Shown: positions 19,890 to 30,370 of the stretch, piece by piece | How positions within the stretch are numbered: position 1 is the stretch's first letter | Layout of the letters: the number at the start of each line of letters is the position of its first letter | Assembly (NCBI GenBank): GCA_938048755.1 | Contig: CALIUG010000081.1 | Location: forward strand, 271-64,270 | From: an uncultured Alphaproteobacteria bacterium | Lineage (GTDB): Bacteria; Pseudomonadota; Alphaproteobacteria; SP197 | Direction: 5' to 3' | Length of the DNA stretch: 64,000 nucleotides | The notes under the pieces: generated by a model | Database searches by the model: none | Told to the model about the DNA's origin: nothing | What the model saw: only the letters and a program-made list of their open reading frames with translations | Made by a program: the position numbers and the translations under genes

Positions 19890-20791
19890 TGAGTGAATCA
19901 AGAGGTCTGGGCCGTGGTCTTTCCGCCCTGATGGGCGAGCCGGTTGCCGCGAAAGGTGCACAAGTGCCCGAGTCGGGCGAGGGGCTGCGCCAGATAGCCA
20001 TCGGCAATCTGCGTCCTGGCAAGTATCAGCCGCGAACACACTTCAACGAGGATGAGCTTGAAAGCCTCTCGCAGTCGCTCCAGCACAGCGGCATGATGCA
20101 GCCCATCGTCGTGCGCCCGCTCAGGGGCGAAGACGGTGTCTTCGAGATTGTGGCCGGTGAACGTCGTTGGCGTGCCGCGCAGAAGGCGCGCATGCATGAC
20201 GTCCCGGTCATCGTGCGCGACCTCACCGATCGGGAAGTTCTTGAGCTCGGCCTGATCGAGAATCTGCAACGGGAAGACCTCGGCCCCCTGGAAGAGGCGG
20301 CCGGGTTTGAGCGTCTTGCCAACGAGTTTCAGCTTAACCAGCGCCAGATCGGTGTCGTGGTTGGCAAGAGCCGTTCCTACATTGCCAACATGATTCGCCT
20401 GCTGCAGTTGCCACCGGCTCTGCGCACGATGCTCGACACTGGCGCGCTGACCGCTGGACATGGGCGCGCGCTGCTGATGGCCGACGATCCCGAAGCCCTG
20501 GCCCAGCGCGTCGTCCGCGATGGTCTCTCCGTGCGTGAAACCGAAGCACTGGTGCAGGCCGGCGATACCAGCACGGCCGATAAAAAGCGACGCGACAAAA
20601 CCGGCGAAACCATCAGCGCCGATTTGCGCGACCTTCAGAACCGACTGAGCGAACAGACCGGTCTGAAGGTCGAGATCAAATCGAAGGGTGAGGCCGGTCA
20701 ACTGGTCCTGAGCTACGCCAGCTTGGAACAGCTCGACGACATGATCGCCCGACTGGAATCACCGCCCCGGCCACGGTTGGTTCAGAACTGA
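19889..20791 (+). CDS. parB: Chromosome partition protein ParB
   Basis: GLGRGLSAL, QPR, QPIVVR, AGERRWRAA, ENLQREDL, HTH GKSRSYIAN. Confidence 0.98.
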   Translation: MSESRGLGRGLSALMGEPVAAKGAQVPESGEGLRQIAIGNLRPGKYQPRTHFNEDELESLSQSLQHSGMMQPIVVRPLRGEDGVFEIVAGERRWRAAQKARMHDVPVIVRDLTDREVLELGLIENLQREDLGPLEEAAGFERLANEFQLNQRQIGVVVGKSRSYIANMIRLLQLPPALRTMLDTGALTAGHGRALLMADDPEALAQRVVRDGLSVRETEALVQAGDTSTADKKRRDKTGETISADLRDLQNRLSEQTGLKVEIKSKGEAGQLVLSYASLEQLDDMIARLESPPRPRLVQN

Positions 20792-20843
20792 AGAAGATTG
20801 CCGCGCGCTGCTTTCCTGATCGGCCGCCAGTTTGACAGCCAAG

Positions 20844-21605
20844 TCAGACTTCGTTCTGTCCGGCCTTGAAGCGCCTTACCCACGCACGGCTCGTCGCGTC
20901 GGCCAGCTTCGCAACACCGGGTTCCACGCCATCGGCTTTCGCTCCATTGCGACCCAGATAGACCAGCACCTCGCGCAGGGTTTCGATCGGACTTGCCGAG
21001 AAGGTTTCGTAACAGAGGCGCAAGGGCTCGATGTCTTCCCGGTCAAACCAGTCTTCCCAGGCACGATCGTGGGCTTCCATCTCCGCGACACAGTTCCCAA
21101 TCCTGTCGCCGTCGTAGGTCAGCGCCTGGGGCTCCGAGAGGCGTTCCAGCTCGGTTCCGTCGGGTACCTTGTGCCAGAGGCCGCTTTGCTGCGCCTTCAC
21201 ATAGGAGACCGCCTGCTCGACCTTGTCGTGCCGGGAAAGATGGATGAAGCAGGTCCGGCCGAACGCCGCTTCCAGGCGGTCGCGATCCCGCGTGCATTCC
21301 GGATGCAGTATGGCGAGCTTCCCGACAAAGAAGTCAAAGCTATGGCGCTGCAGTCGCAGTCCGAACATTCCGGTCTCAAGACTTCCTTCGGCGATCGCAG
21401 CCTTGAACGTTTCGTCCAGGACGTCGTGCTCGCAGCCGGCAGCATCAGGCGCAAGACCGAGCTCCCTACGCCAGCTCGCGACGGAAGGCTCATGGAAATA
21501 GGATTCGGGATTACCTGCGACGCCGGTCGCAATCAGCAGCTTGCACAACAGCGTGCTGCCACTGCGTGGCGCGGTGCAGATCACATAGGAATCATAGACG
21601 CTCAC
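20844..21605 (-). CDS. Stf0-family (NodH/LpsS-like) sulfotransferase
   Basis: SYVICTAPRSGSTLLC..L..TGVAGNPESYF, HLSR.DKVEQAVS, A.QSGLWH, L.YE; GTG overlaps the upstream stop. Confidence 0.85.
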   Translation of the reverse strand: MSVYDSYVICTAPRSGSTLLCKLLIATGVAGNPESYFHEPSVASWRRELGLAPDAAGCEHDVLDETFKAAIAEGSLETGMFGLRLQRHSFDFFVGKLAILHPECTRDRDRLEAAFGRTCFIHLSRHDKVEQAVSYVKAQQSGLWHKVPDGTELERLSEPQALTYDGDRIGNCVAEMEAHDRAWEDWFDREDIEPLRLCYETFSASPIETLREVLVYLGRNGAKADGVEPGVAKLADATSRAWVRRFKAGQNEV

Positions 21606-21976
21606 TGCGGGGCCTGCCGTGCCTCATTCCTGATCACTTCAATCCGATTGCCAAAGGGATCATCGACATAGATGCGTTCCTGGCCGAAGGGGTCGATGTC
21701 ATCAGTCACGGTCAAACCAAGGTCAGACAAGCGTTTCCTCAGTGCGTCGAGATCATCCAGGATCAGGCCCGGATGTGCCTTTCTTGCAGCCCGGAAATCA
21801 TGATCAATCCCCAAGTGTAATCCGACTCCATCGCTGAGCAAAAACCAGAGTCCGCCGCGTGTTGCGAGTGCAGCAGGTTTCGCAATTTTCTTCAGACCAA
21901 GCGCATCTTTATAGAAGGCGCGGGCTTGCGCTTCCGAATCTGGCGGCATCGCGATCTGAAGATGGTCCAGGCGCAT
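21602..21976 (-). CDS. VOC/glyoxalase family protein
   Basis: LDHLQIAMP, ARAFY..LGL, GGLWF, LHLG, KAHPG, DPFGNRIE. Confidence 0.9.
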   Translation of the reverse strand: MRLDHLQIAMPPDSEAQARAFYKDALGLKKIAKPAALATRGGLWFLLSDGVGLHLGIDHDFRAARKAHPGLILDDLDALRKRLSDLGLTVTDDIDPFGQERIYVDDPFGNRIEVIRNEARQAPQ

Positions 21977-21981
21977 GTCTG

Positions 21982-23010
21982 TCAACGGCGCCCTGCCGCA
22001 TGGGCCGCGCGGGCAAGATCAAACAGGGCGCGCCGGCAGATCGTGTTGGCAGGCATGCCCGTTGTCTTGCATTGGATCTCCGCCTCGGTCAGATGACCCA
22101 GGGCGCGGATTGCGCGATCTGCGTTCCAGCGTCGTGACCCGGCTTTCAGGGCATCGATCGCCCGGAAGTGAAAGACCTTCGCACCCCTGATCGCGGCATC
22201 TTCAGGCGTGCCGCGTTCGCGCAATGCCAGGAACAACTGCAGTTGGGTCATGTGTCGGCGCACCGCACCCAGGATGCTGACCGGCTGTTCGCGGTCCGCC
22301 AGAGCGCGCTCCAGGCTGCGGTCGAGATCATCAAGCCGACCCGACGAAACCGCCTGGGCAATACGGTCCAGGGAGAGGAACGAACTGTCGGCCACCACGG
22401 CCTCGACATCCTCTACCGATACCGTCGCACCTTCACCGGCATAGAGCGCCAGCTTGGCAATCTCGTTGCGGGTCTGTCGCCGGTCACCGCCCAGATAGGC
22501 GACCAGAAGCGCCTTGGCATCGCGATCAATTCGGACGCCATGTTCGCCCAGAGTCGCATCAACGATGCCGGAGAGATCTCGACCTTCGTCCCGGTAGCAG
22601 GCGATGGCCGCGCCTCCTCCTGACTTTTCCAGAAGGCTCCGAAGCTTCGAGCGGCCCTGTAGTTCGCCGGCCTCGACGACCACCAGGGTGTCGCCGGTCT
22701 GGCGACCCAGCAGGTCTTCGACGGCACCGGTCAGTTTGTCGCCCGCACCCTTCACACGCACCACACGGCGCCCGCCGGTCAGCGACATGGCTCTGGCCTC
22801 GTCAATCAGAAGCCCGGGATCGGAGGCTGCGGCATCGCCCGAAAGCTCTGCAACACGAAACGGATCGGAAAGGTCTTCCACCGCACTGGCAGCGATAAGA
22901 TCCGCGCGTTCGCGCACCATGCCGGTGTCGGCGCCATAGACAAGGACCACACGCACGGCGGGGTCAGGCTTACGGCAGAAGGCGTCGACCTGGCGTGCTG
23001 CGATCTTCAT
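21982..23010 (-). CDS. holA: DNA polymerase III delta subunit
   Basis: LVYGADTGMVRE, SLTGGRRVVRV, LGGDR..TRNEIAKLALY; lptE-holA context. Confidence 0.95.
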   Translation of the reverse strand: MKIAARQVDAFCRKPDPAVRVVLVYGADTGMVRERADLIAASAVEDLSDPFRVAELSGDAAASDPGLLIDEARAMSLTGGRRVVRVKGAGDKLTGAVEDLLGRQTGDTLVVVEAGELQGRSKLRSLLEKSGGGAAIACYRDEGRDLSGIVDATLGEHGVRIDRDAKALLVAYLGGDRRQTRNEIAKLALYAGEGATVSVEDVEAVVADSSFLSLDRIAQAVSSGRLDDLDRSLERALADREQPVSILGAVRRHMTQLQLFLALRERGTPEDAAIRGAKVFHFRAIDALKAGSRRWNADRAIRALGHLTEAEIQCKTTGMPANTICRRALFDLARAAHAAGRR

Positions 23011-23016
23011 CGCCGA

Positions 23017-23541
23017 TCATCCCTGCCGGGCGAAATAGAACGAGAGCAGATTGGTGATGGTGCCCGAGAGGTCGTGCGCCGCATCCTCGGCGGTGGCCTG
23101 CTCGGCCACCAGCGTAGCGTATTCGGATTCGACGACATCGTAGCTCCCCGTCGCACGAGCGGTTGAACTGTAGAGCAGGGTCATGGATGTGCTGTCGTAA
23201 AGCGCAAAGTCGGCGTTCAGCGCCAGATTGAACCGGGTCACGGTATCGTTGGACTGGATCTGCAGGGCCGCCGTCGACTGATCGATTTCAACCAGCAACC
23301 GATACCGTGTCGGTTGGCGGCCCTGGCCGGCCGTAAAACGATCGATCAGCTCGTTCTTGAGAATCTGGCCGATGCGCCGTTCCGTGCCTTCGCCGATTTC
23401 GTTGATCTCGATCGCGGCCAACTCAGGCGAAACGGCGCCGCCCGATGCCTGCTGGCCGTAAAGAGGCTGAAAACCGCAGCCGGAAAGCAGGGCAAATCCC
23501 GACAGGCCGCCCAGGTGAAGCATGGCGCGGCGCGTGATCAT
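23017..23541 (-). CDS. lptE: LPS assembly lipoprotein LptE
   Basis: Lipobox LSGC-GFQPLY; located between leuS and holA. Confidence 0.9.
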   Translation of the reverse strand: MITRRAMLHLGGLSGFALLSGCGFQPLYGQQASGGAVSPELAAIEINEIGEGTERRIGQILKNELIDRFTAGQGRQPTRYRLLVEIDQSTAALQIQSNDTVTRFNLALNADFALYDSTSMTLLYSSTARATGSYDVVESEYATLVAEQATAEDAAHDLSGTITNLLSFYFARQG

Positions 23542-23582
23542 GATGGGTCGCAGGCGAAGTTCATGACCAGGAGTCTACACCA

Positions 23583-26153
23583 TCAGCCAACAACGATGTT
23601 GACGATCTTGTTGGGCACCACGATGACCTTGCGTACCGTGAGACCCGCCATGGCGCGCTGCACATTGTCGTCTGCCATGGCCGCAGCCTCGATGGCGTCC
23701 CTGTCACCGTCGCGCGGCAGTTCAAGCTTGGCGCGCATCTTTCCGTTGACCTGCACCGCGATCGTCACGCTGTCTTCGACGATCAGGGATGCATCTGCAA
23801 CCGGCCAGGCTGCATCGGCCAGCAGGCCCTCATGCCCCAGAGCCTTCCACATCTCTTCGGCCAGATGGGGCATCATGGGTCCGCTCAGGACGATCAGCGT
23901 TTCCAGCGCCTCGCGATGTGCCCAGCCGTCGCCGGCATCGTCTGCCTTGAAGTCTCCGATGGCGTTGGCGAGTTCGTGAATGCGGGCAACCGAGCGGTTG
24001 AAGTGAAAGGCTTCGATGTCGCCGGTTACGCCGTCGATGGCCTTGTGCACGATCTGGCGCAGCCCTGTCGCAGTCGCCCCGAACGATCCCGGCTTGTCTG
24101 ATCCCGGCGCGGGCAGTGACGCAACCGCATCGCCGACCAGACGGGCGATGCGCTGGACAAAGCGATGGGCACCGGCGATGCCGCCATCGGTCCATTCCAG
24201 ATCGCGGTCGGGCGGCGAATCCGAAAGCATGAACCAGCGCGCGGTATCGGCACCGAAATCGGCAATAATGCGTTCGGGATCGACAACGTTGCGTTTGGAC
24301 TTCGACATCTTCTCGGAACGGCCGACCGTCACCGGTGCCGAGTCCTCCAGGCGCACGACCGCGCCGCCGTCGGCCCGATCGACCTCACCGGGCTCGAGAT
24401 AGCTGCCGTCGGGGCCCTGGTAGGTTTCATGGGTCACCATGCCCTGCGTAAAGAGGCCCTCGAACGGCTCGTCAAAGTCGAGATAGCCGCAGCGACGCAG
24501 GGCACGCGTGAAGAAGCGTGAATAGAGAAGATGCAGCACGGCGTGCTCGACACCACCGATGTACTGATCCACCGGCATCCAGTAGGTCACGGCTTCCTTG
24601 TCCATGGGCGATTCGTCGCGCGGCGAACAGAAGCGCAGGAAGTACCAGCTGGAATCGACAAAGGTGTCGAGCGTGTCGGTATCGCGCAGGGCGTCGGCGC
24701 CGCAGGCCGGGCAGACGACGTGTTTCCAGGTCGGGTGATGGTCCAGCGGATTGCCGGCCTCACCGATCACGACATCCTCGGGCAGTGCAACGGGCAGCTG
24801 ATCATCGGGCACCTGAACAATGCCGCAGGCATCGCAGTGGATGATGGGGATCGGCGTGCCCCAGTAGCGCTGGCGCGATATGCCCCAGTCGCGCAGACGA
24901 TAGTTGATCGTGCGTTCGGCCCGGCCCATGGCTTCCAGGCGCGATGCGATCTCTTCCTTGGCGGCATCCACCGTCATGCCGTCAAGAAACTCGGAATTGG
25001 CCAGAAGACCCTCGCCCTTGAAGGCTTCGTTCCCGACCTGGAACTCGGCAACATTGGCATCGGCGGGGACCACGACCGGGGTGACGGGCAACGCGTACTT
25101 GCGTGCAAAGTCCAGGTCGCGCTGGTCATGGGCCGGGCAGCCGAAGATAGCGCCCGAGCCGTATTCCATCAGCACGAAGTTGGCGACATAGACCGGCAGT
25201 TCGCGACCGTCGAAGGGATGAATGGCCTTCAGGCCGGTGTCATGGCCGCGTTTCTCGGCCCGTTCGATGGCTTCCTCGCTGGTGCCGATTCGGCCGCATT
25301 CGGCAATGAACTCGCCCAGGGCGGGATCCGTTGCGGCCAGTGCCGTGCTAAGTGGGTGTTCGGGCGAAAGTGCCATGAAGCTCGCGCCAAAGATCGTGTC
25401 ATGGCGTGTCGTGAAGACTTCCAGCTGATCGTCGCGGTCTTTCAGGGCAAACCGCATCTTGAGGCCTTCGGAACGACCGATCCAGTTGGTCTGCATCAGA
25501 CGGACCTTGTCGGGCCAGCGGTTCAGCTCCGTCAGGGCATCGGCCAGTTCGTCGGCAAACTCCGTGATCTTGAGAACCCATTGATTCAGCTGACGTTTCT
25601 CGACTGTTGCGCCGGATCGCCAGCCCTTGCCGTCGATCACCTGCTCGTTGGCCAGCACGGTCTGGTCGACCGGATCCCAGTTGACCCAGGCTTCGCGGCG
25701 GTCAACCAGGCCGACCTTCAAGAAATCAAGGAACAGCTTCTGCTGGTGACGGTAGTATTCGGGATGGCAGGTCGCGATCTCGCGTGACCAGTCGAGAGAA
25801 AGGCCCATGGACTGCAGCTGTCCGCGCATGGCCCGGATGTTGTCATAGGTCCATTCGCGCGGATGCACGCCCTTGGCCATGGCGGCGTTCTCTGCCGGCA
25901 GGCCAAACGCGTCCCAACCCATGGGATGGAGCACGTTGAAGCCACGGGCGCGTTTGTAGCGCGCCACCAGATCGCCCATGGCGTAGTTGCGCACATGGCC
26001 CATATGAATGCGCCCGCTGGGATAGGGGAACATCTCCAGGACATAGGCCTTGGGGCGGTCATCGGGCGGCCCGGCCCGGAAGGTTCCGGCCTGTTCCCAG
26101 ACTTCGCGCCAGCGGGGTTCCGCCTCGCGGAAATTGTAACGTTCGCGTGCCAT
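23583..26153 (-). CDS. leuS: Leucine--tRNA ligase
   Basis: [43 protein letters not shown]. Confidence 0.99.
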   Translation of the reverse strand: MARERYNFREAEPRWREVWEQAGTFRAGPPDDRPKAYVLEMFPYPSGRIHMGHVRNYAMGDLVARYKRARGFNVLHPMGWDAFGLPAENAAMAKGVHPREWTYDNIRAMRGQLQSMGLSLDWSREIATCHPEYYRHQQKLFLDFLKVGLVDRREAWVNWDPVDQTVLANEQVIDGKGWRSGATVEKRQLNQWVLKITEFADELADALTELNRWPDKVRLMQTNWIGRSEGLKMRFALKDRDDQLEVFTTRHDTIFGASFMALSPEHPLSTALAATDPALGEFIAECGRIGTSEEAIERAEKRGHDTGLKAIHPFDGRELPVYVANFVLMEYGSGAIFGCPAHDQRDLDFARKYALPVTPVVVPADANVAEFQVGNEAFKGEGLLANSEFLDGMTVDAAKEEIASRLEAMGRAERTINYRLRDWGISRQRYWGTPIPIIHCDACGIVQVPDDQLPVALPEDVVIGEAGNPLDHHPTWKHVVCPACGADALRDTDTLDTFVDSSWYFLRFCSPRDESPMDKEAVTYWMPVDQYIGGVEHAVLHLLYSRFFTRALRRCGYLDFDEPFEGLFTQGMVTHETYQGPDGSYLEPGEVDRADGGAVVRLEDSAPVTVGRSEKMSKSKRNVVDPERIIADFGADTARWFMLSDSPPDRDLEWTDGGIAGAHRFVQRIARLVGDAVASLPAPGSDKPGSFGATATGLRQIVHKAIDGVTGDIEAFHFNRSVARIHELANAIGDFKADDAGDGWAHREALETLIVLSGPMMPHLAEEMWKALGHEGLLADAAWPVADASLIVEDSVTIAVQVNGKMRAKLELPRDGDRDAIEAAAMADDNVQRAMAGLTVRKVIVVPNKIVNIVVG

Positions 26154-26195
26154 GATTGGATTGTCTTTGTCTGCCTGAGCGAATTGGCGCGCAAG

Positions 26196-26238
26196 CTAGA
26201 GCATGATCCCGGTGAAATCCACGCGGGATCGCATCTCT
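26196..26238. repeat. TAGAGC-type palindromic intergenic element, copy A
   Basis: CTAGAGCATGATCCCG...CGGGATCGCATCTCT imperfect hairpin. Confidence 0.5.
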
Positions 26239-26254
26239 TCCTGTTTATGCCGCG

Positions 26255-26845
26255 TTATTGACCCAGCTGGGCAATGCGCATCTGGCGCGCGCGGGTCAGG
26301 ACCGCATCGACCAGGGAGGCCGGTGTGGCGGGATCGACCGCGGCCTCGTACCAGGCACCATCAGCACCGCGCAGCTGACGGTTGACCTGCACCTGCACGC
26401 CGTCGGCACGCAGCCTGGTATCGAGAATGTAGACCGTCACCTTGAAGCGCTCGTTGGGCGTTTCGGGCGATGCGTACCAGTCATAGATGATCACGCCGCC
26501 CAGCGGATCGGCCGAAATCGGAGGCAGAAAGGCAAAGGTATCGAGCGAGGCGCGCCACAGGAACGCGTTGACGCCCAGACCGGCACCGCCGCCTTCGTCC
26601 GGTCTTGTCTCGTCCCACAGGTTGCTGATGCCGCCGGCGCCAAAAATGGTCTGCCGGTTGGGATCGTTCACATCCGGCTCGAACCGGCCCTGCGAGGTCT
26701 GGGTCGTGTCTTCGACACCGTCATAGGTCACATTGCCGCAGGCGCCAAGCAGCCCGGCCATCAGGATGACGGCCGCGCCGCGGCAGCACCAGGTGGCAAA
26801 GGTTGTGTTGTTGACGTCCGTGGAAGCTTGAAAACGTGAGGTCAA
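26255..26845 (-). CDS. DUF3576-family lipoprotein (start uncertain)
   Basis: Lipobox LGAC; VNAFLWRASLDT..F.P..SADP.GGVII.DWY, ERFKVTVYI, ILTRAR-like C-terminus; usual leuS neighbour. Confidence 0.9.
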   Translation of the reverse strand: MTSRFQASTDVNNTTFATWCCRGAAVILMAGLLGACGNVTYDGVEDTTQTSQGRFEPDVNDPNRQTIFGAGGISNLWDETRPDEGGGAGLGVNAFLWRASLDTFAFLPPISADPLGGVIIYDWYASPETPNERFKVTVYILDTRLRADGVQVQVNRQLRGADGAWYEAAVDPATPASLVDAVLTRARQMRIAQLGQ

Positions 26846-27249
26846 GGCGGATGGGTTCCTGTCGGGTCCAGAAGCGCCGCACCTTGGCGCAGGACACGGT
26901 TTCGGGCAAGCATGATCTTACCGGTGACCGTCACCTCTTATTGCGGCAATGTTATGACCGCTCTGTCCGAGGGTTCGGGCCTGTGGCACCTGTTCCAATG
27001 TGGGCCACATTGATGCATTCGTGCAACAGTGCGCCGGAAACGCAACAAACCCTGTCGAAAGCCGTGGAAATCCACGTGTCTGTCTTGTTAGGTTTGTTTC
27101 GCGAAATCGGCGGGAGACCACTCCAACGTTGAGGCCCCACGCAACGACGCAAGTCAGAGCAAGGGTGTTGGAGGGGTCAAACGTCGATAGCCTTTCCGTT
27201 CCGGAAAGACGCTTGGCACTTGAGCAGTCCTTAAAGGAGGTTTGCGCTT

Positions 27250-28482
27250 ATGAAAAAGGTTCTTCTTGGAACCACGGCGCTTGTCTCGGCGGGTCTTGTT
27301 GCGCAGAACGCGCAGGCAGCCGATCCGATCGAGTTGAGTGTTGGTGGTTATCACGACTGGGCGTTCTTCTTCGCGAAGAACGATGACAACCCGGCTGCGG
27401 GCACCCTGCCTGCTGAGCCTGGTTTTAACTTCGGCGACCATGACATCAAGTTTGACGGTGAAGTTCAGCTTCGCGGTTCGACGGTTCTGGACAATGGCCT
27501 CGAAGTCGGTGTTCGCATCGAGATCGAAGGCGAGACCCAGGGCGATCAGCTCGACGAGAACTACGCCTGGATTGAAGGTTCCTTCGGTACCTTCCGTTTC
27601 GGCAACGACGATCCCGTCTCCGCGCAGATGGCAACTGCCGCTCCGTACCTGAACTACGTCTTCGGCGCCAACTCGCCGACCGTGTTCGCGAACGGTCTGT
27701 CGCAGTTCTTCGCACGTTCGGGCTCCACGGGCATTGGTACTGCCGGTGGTACGCTGCGTTCGCGTTTCGCCGCTGGTGCATATGCCACCTTCGCGACGTT
27801 CCCGAACCAGTCGTTCGATGATGCGCAGCTCATCTACTTCACACCTGTGTTCAACGGCTTCCAGTTCGGTGTCTCCTATGCCCCGAACAACACCGAAGCC
27901 CAACCAGCCGGTGTGTATCTGCTCCCCAACAAGATTGGCACCGCGTCGACCTCGCCTGCGATCACGCATGGTGAAGTCTACTCGGTCGCTGGTCGTTACG
28001 ACGGTTCCGTTGGCGATCTCGGTGTGACCGTGGCCGCTGGCTGGATGCGCATGGAACAGAAGGCCATCTCCAACCCTGCCGGCACGCTGCAGGGTGCGGA
28101 TTCGGATGCATGGGACGTCGGCCTGGTGCTCTACTGGGGCAACTGGGGTCTTGGTGGTTCGTACCTGAACAACCAGGACTGGCATAACGTCTCGGGCACC
28201 GACACGGAAGCCTTCGACATCGGTCTGGCCTACTGGTCGGACGGAGCATGGTCGGCAGGTATCTACTGGTTGCACCAGGAAATCGACTACGCCGCTGGCA
28301 ACCTGGTTGCTGGTGTGGACATCACCGATGAGTTCGATGCTTATCGTCTGATGGGTCAGTATGACCTGGGTCCGGGCATTGCCGTCACGGGCGCGCTGGG
28401 TCTCGACACCTTCGAAGATGGTGTTGTGAACCGCGAGTACGAGACGCAGATGGTCGGCGCCGGTATCATGATCGGCTTCTGA
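27250..28482 (+). CDS. Outer-membrane porin, copy 1
   Basis: MKKVLLGTTALV signal peptide, TVLDNGL.VG, EGSFG, YFTP.F.GFQ.G.SY, YDLGPG, C-terminal Phe; AAGGAGG RBS; highly expressed codon usage. Confidence 0.95.
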   Translation: MKKVLLGTTALVSAGLVAQNAQAADPIELSVGGYHDWAFFFAKNDDNPAAGTLPAEPGFNFGDHDIKFDGEVQLRGSTVLDNGLEVGVRIEIEGETQGDQLDENYAWIEGSFGTFRFGNDDPVSAQMATAAPYLNYVFGANSPTVFANGLSQFFARSGSTGIGTAGGTLRSRFAAGAYATFATFPNQSFDDAQLIYFTPVFNGFQFGVSYAPNNTEAQPAGVYLLPNKIGTASTSPAITHGEVYSVAGRYDGSVGDLGVTVAAGWMRMEQKAISNPAGTLQGADSDAWDVGLVLYWGNWGLGGSYLNNQDWHNVSGTDTEAFDIGLAYWSDGAWSAGIYWLHQEIDYAAGNLVAGVDITDEFDAYRLMGQYDLGPGIAVTGALGLDTFEDGVVNREYETQMVGAGIMIGF

Positions 28483-28507
28483 TCTCACGATCAGAGACTT
28501 CTACGTC

Positions 28508-28540
28508 AAGGGGCGGCCTTCGGGTCGCCCCTTTTCTTTT
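28508..28540 (+). terminator. Intrinsic terminator of porin 1
   Basis: AAGGGGCGGCC-TTCG-GGTCGCCCCTT then TTCTTTT. Confidence 0.93.
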
Positions 28541-29009
28541 GCGCTATGACCAGGCGCCCCCAGGCAGAATGTCTCTGCCTGACATGACGGCTTCTGGCCT
28601 GGACGGCAGACAGCCGCAACCATGGTTCTTCCGACCACGCGGCAGTCCGGGCCATTTCGGCAGGCCCATCACACAAACGCGAACCGTTTTCACGGCGCCG
28701 CGATCCAGCACGACAGGTTAACGGTCACGTCCGCATGCCCTTTGACGGATCGGCAGAATCTCTCCTGATTTCTCAAGCGTCCGTGAAGGTCACTGACGGC
28801 ATCGTTGATTCGTTACCAGCACCTTGAGGCGTTCCATACATGGGCTGCAAGCCGAGGCCCGTCGGCGCGGTATAGGACCTCAACCCCGCACCGCTCCAGC
28901 ATCAAAGACGGGCCTCTCAATCCGCCACGGCGCTCACCGTGGTCAGGACCGTTCAAGTGCCAGGTTGTCGTGATGGAACATCAGGACTGCTGCAAGGAGG
29001 TTTGCGCTT

Positions 29010-30239
29010 ATGAAGAAAGTACTACTTGGAACGACCGCGCTGGTTTCGGCAGGTCTGCTTGCGCAGAACGCGCAAGCTGCCGACCCGATCGAACTCAGTG
29101 TCGGCGGCTATCACAACTGGTTGTGGTTCTTTGCCGATAACGATGACAATCCGGCTGCGGGCACCCTGCCTGCTGAGCCTGGTTTCAACCTCGGCGACCA
29201 TGACATCAAGTTTGACGGTGAAGTTCAGCTTCGCGGTTCGACGGTTCTGGACAATGGCCTCGAAGTCGGTGTTCGCATCGAGATCGAGGGTGAAACCCAG
29301 GGCGATCAGCTCGACGAGAACTACGCCTGGATTGAAGGTTCCTTCGGTACCTTCCGTTTCGGCAACGACGATCCCGTCTCCTACATCATGGCGACGGCTG
29401 CGCCGTATCTGAACTATCTGTTTGCGGCGAACTCGCCGACCGTATTTGCAAACGGTCTCTCGCAGTTCTTCGCACGTTCGGGTTCAACCGGTATTGGCCC
29501 AGGCGGAACACTGCGTTCGCGTTTCGCCGCTGGTGCCTATGCCACCTTTGCGACGTTCCCGAACTCTACCTTTGATGATGCGTCGCTCTACTACTTCACA
29601 CCTGTGTTCAACGGCTTCCAGTTCGGTGTCTCCTATGCCCCGAACAACACCGAAGCCCGCCCAGCCGGTGTGTATCTGCTCCCCGTCAAGGTTGGTGGCA
29701 CGTCGACCTCGCCTGCGTTCACGCATGGTGAAGTCTACTCGGTCGCTGGCCGTTACGATGGGGCCGTGGGTGATCTTGGCGTGACCGTTGCGGCGGGTTA
29801 TCTGCGCGTCAACCAGAAGGCGATCTCCAATCCTCCCGGCACAATGACAGGTGCAGACGAGGATACCTATGATCTCGGCCTGGTACTCTACTGGGGCAAC
29901 TGGGGTCTTGGTGGTTCGTACCTCAACGCCACCGACTGGCATAATGTCTCGGGTACCGATACCGAATCCTTCGATGTTGGTCTGGCCTACTGGTCCGACG
30001 CCATATGGTCGGCCGGTATCTACTGGTTGCACCAGGAAATCGACTATGCCGCCGGCAACCTGGTTGCCGGAGCGAACATCACCGATGAGTTCGATGCTTA
30101 TCGTCTGATGGGTCAATATGACCTGGGTCCGGGCATTGCTGTTACGGGTGCTCTGGGTCTTGATACCTTCGATGACGGTGTCGTGAACCGTGAGTACGAG
30201 ACACGCATGGTCGGTGCAGGTATCAGCATCGGCTTCTGA
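29010..30239 (+). CDS. Outer-membrane porin, copy 2
   Basis: Near-identical to 27250-28482, same RBS context, C-terminal Phe. Confidence 0.95.
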   Translation: MKKVLLGTTALVSAGLLAQNAQAADPIELSVGGYHNWLWFFADNDDNPAAGTLPAEPGFNLGDHDIKFDGEVQLRGSTVLDNGLEVGVRIEIEGETQGDQLDENYAWIEGSFGTFRFGNDDPVSYIMATAAPYLNYLFAANSPTVFANGLSQFFARSGSTGIGPGGTLRSRFAAGAYATFATFPNSTFDDASLYYFTPVFNGFQFGVSYAPNNTEARPAGVYLLPVKVGGTSTSPAFTHGEVYSVAGRYDGAVGDLGVTVAAGYLRVNQKAISNPPGTMTGADEDTYDLGLVLYWGNWGLGGSYLNATDWHNVSGTDTESFDVGLAYWSDAIWSAGIYWLHQEIDYAAGNLVAGANITDEFDAYRLMGQYDLGPGIAVTGALGLDTFDDGVVNREYETRMVGAGISIGF

Positions 30240-30265
30240 TCTCGCGATCGGAGGCATACGACGTC

Positions 30266-30299
30266 AAGGGGCGGCCTTCGGGTCGCCCCTTTTCTGTTT
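30266..30299 (+). terminator. Intrinsic terminator of porin 2
   Basis: Same stem-loop as after porin 1, then TTCTGTTT. Confidence 0.92.
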
Positions 30300-30370
30300 G
30301 CGATGCTCCCGGCATGGCCCTTTGGCGTCATGGTGTGTTAAGTCAGAACGCGAAAATCACGATGGTGTCG

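Noticed and set aside
27096-27109. TGTTTCGCGAAATC parS-like sequence, plus CGTGAAACA half-sites in both qor genes
   Set aside because: Wrong spacing or half-sites only; the qor cases are explained by the LFHA codons
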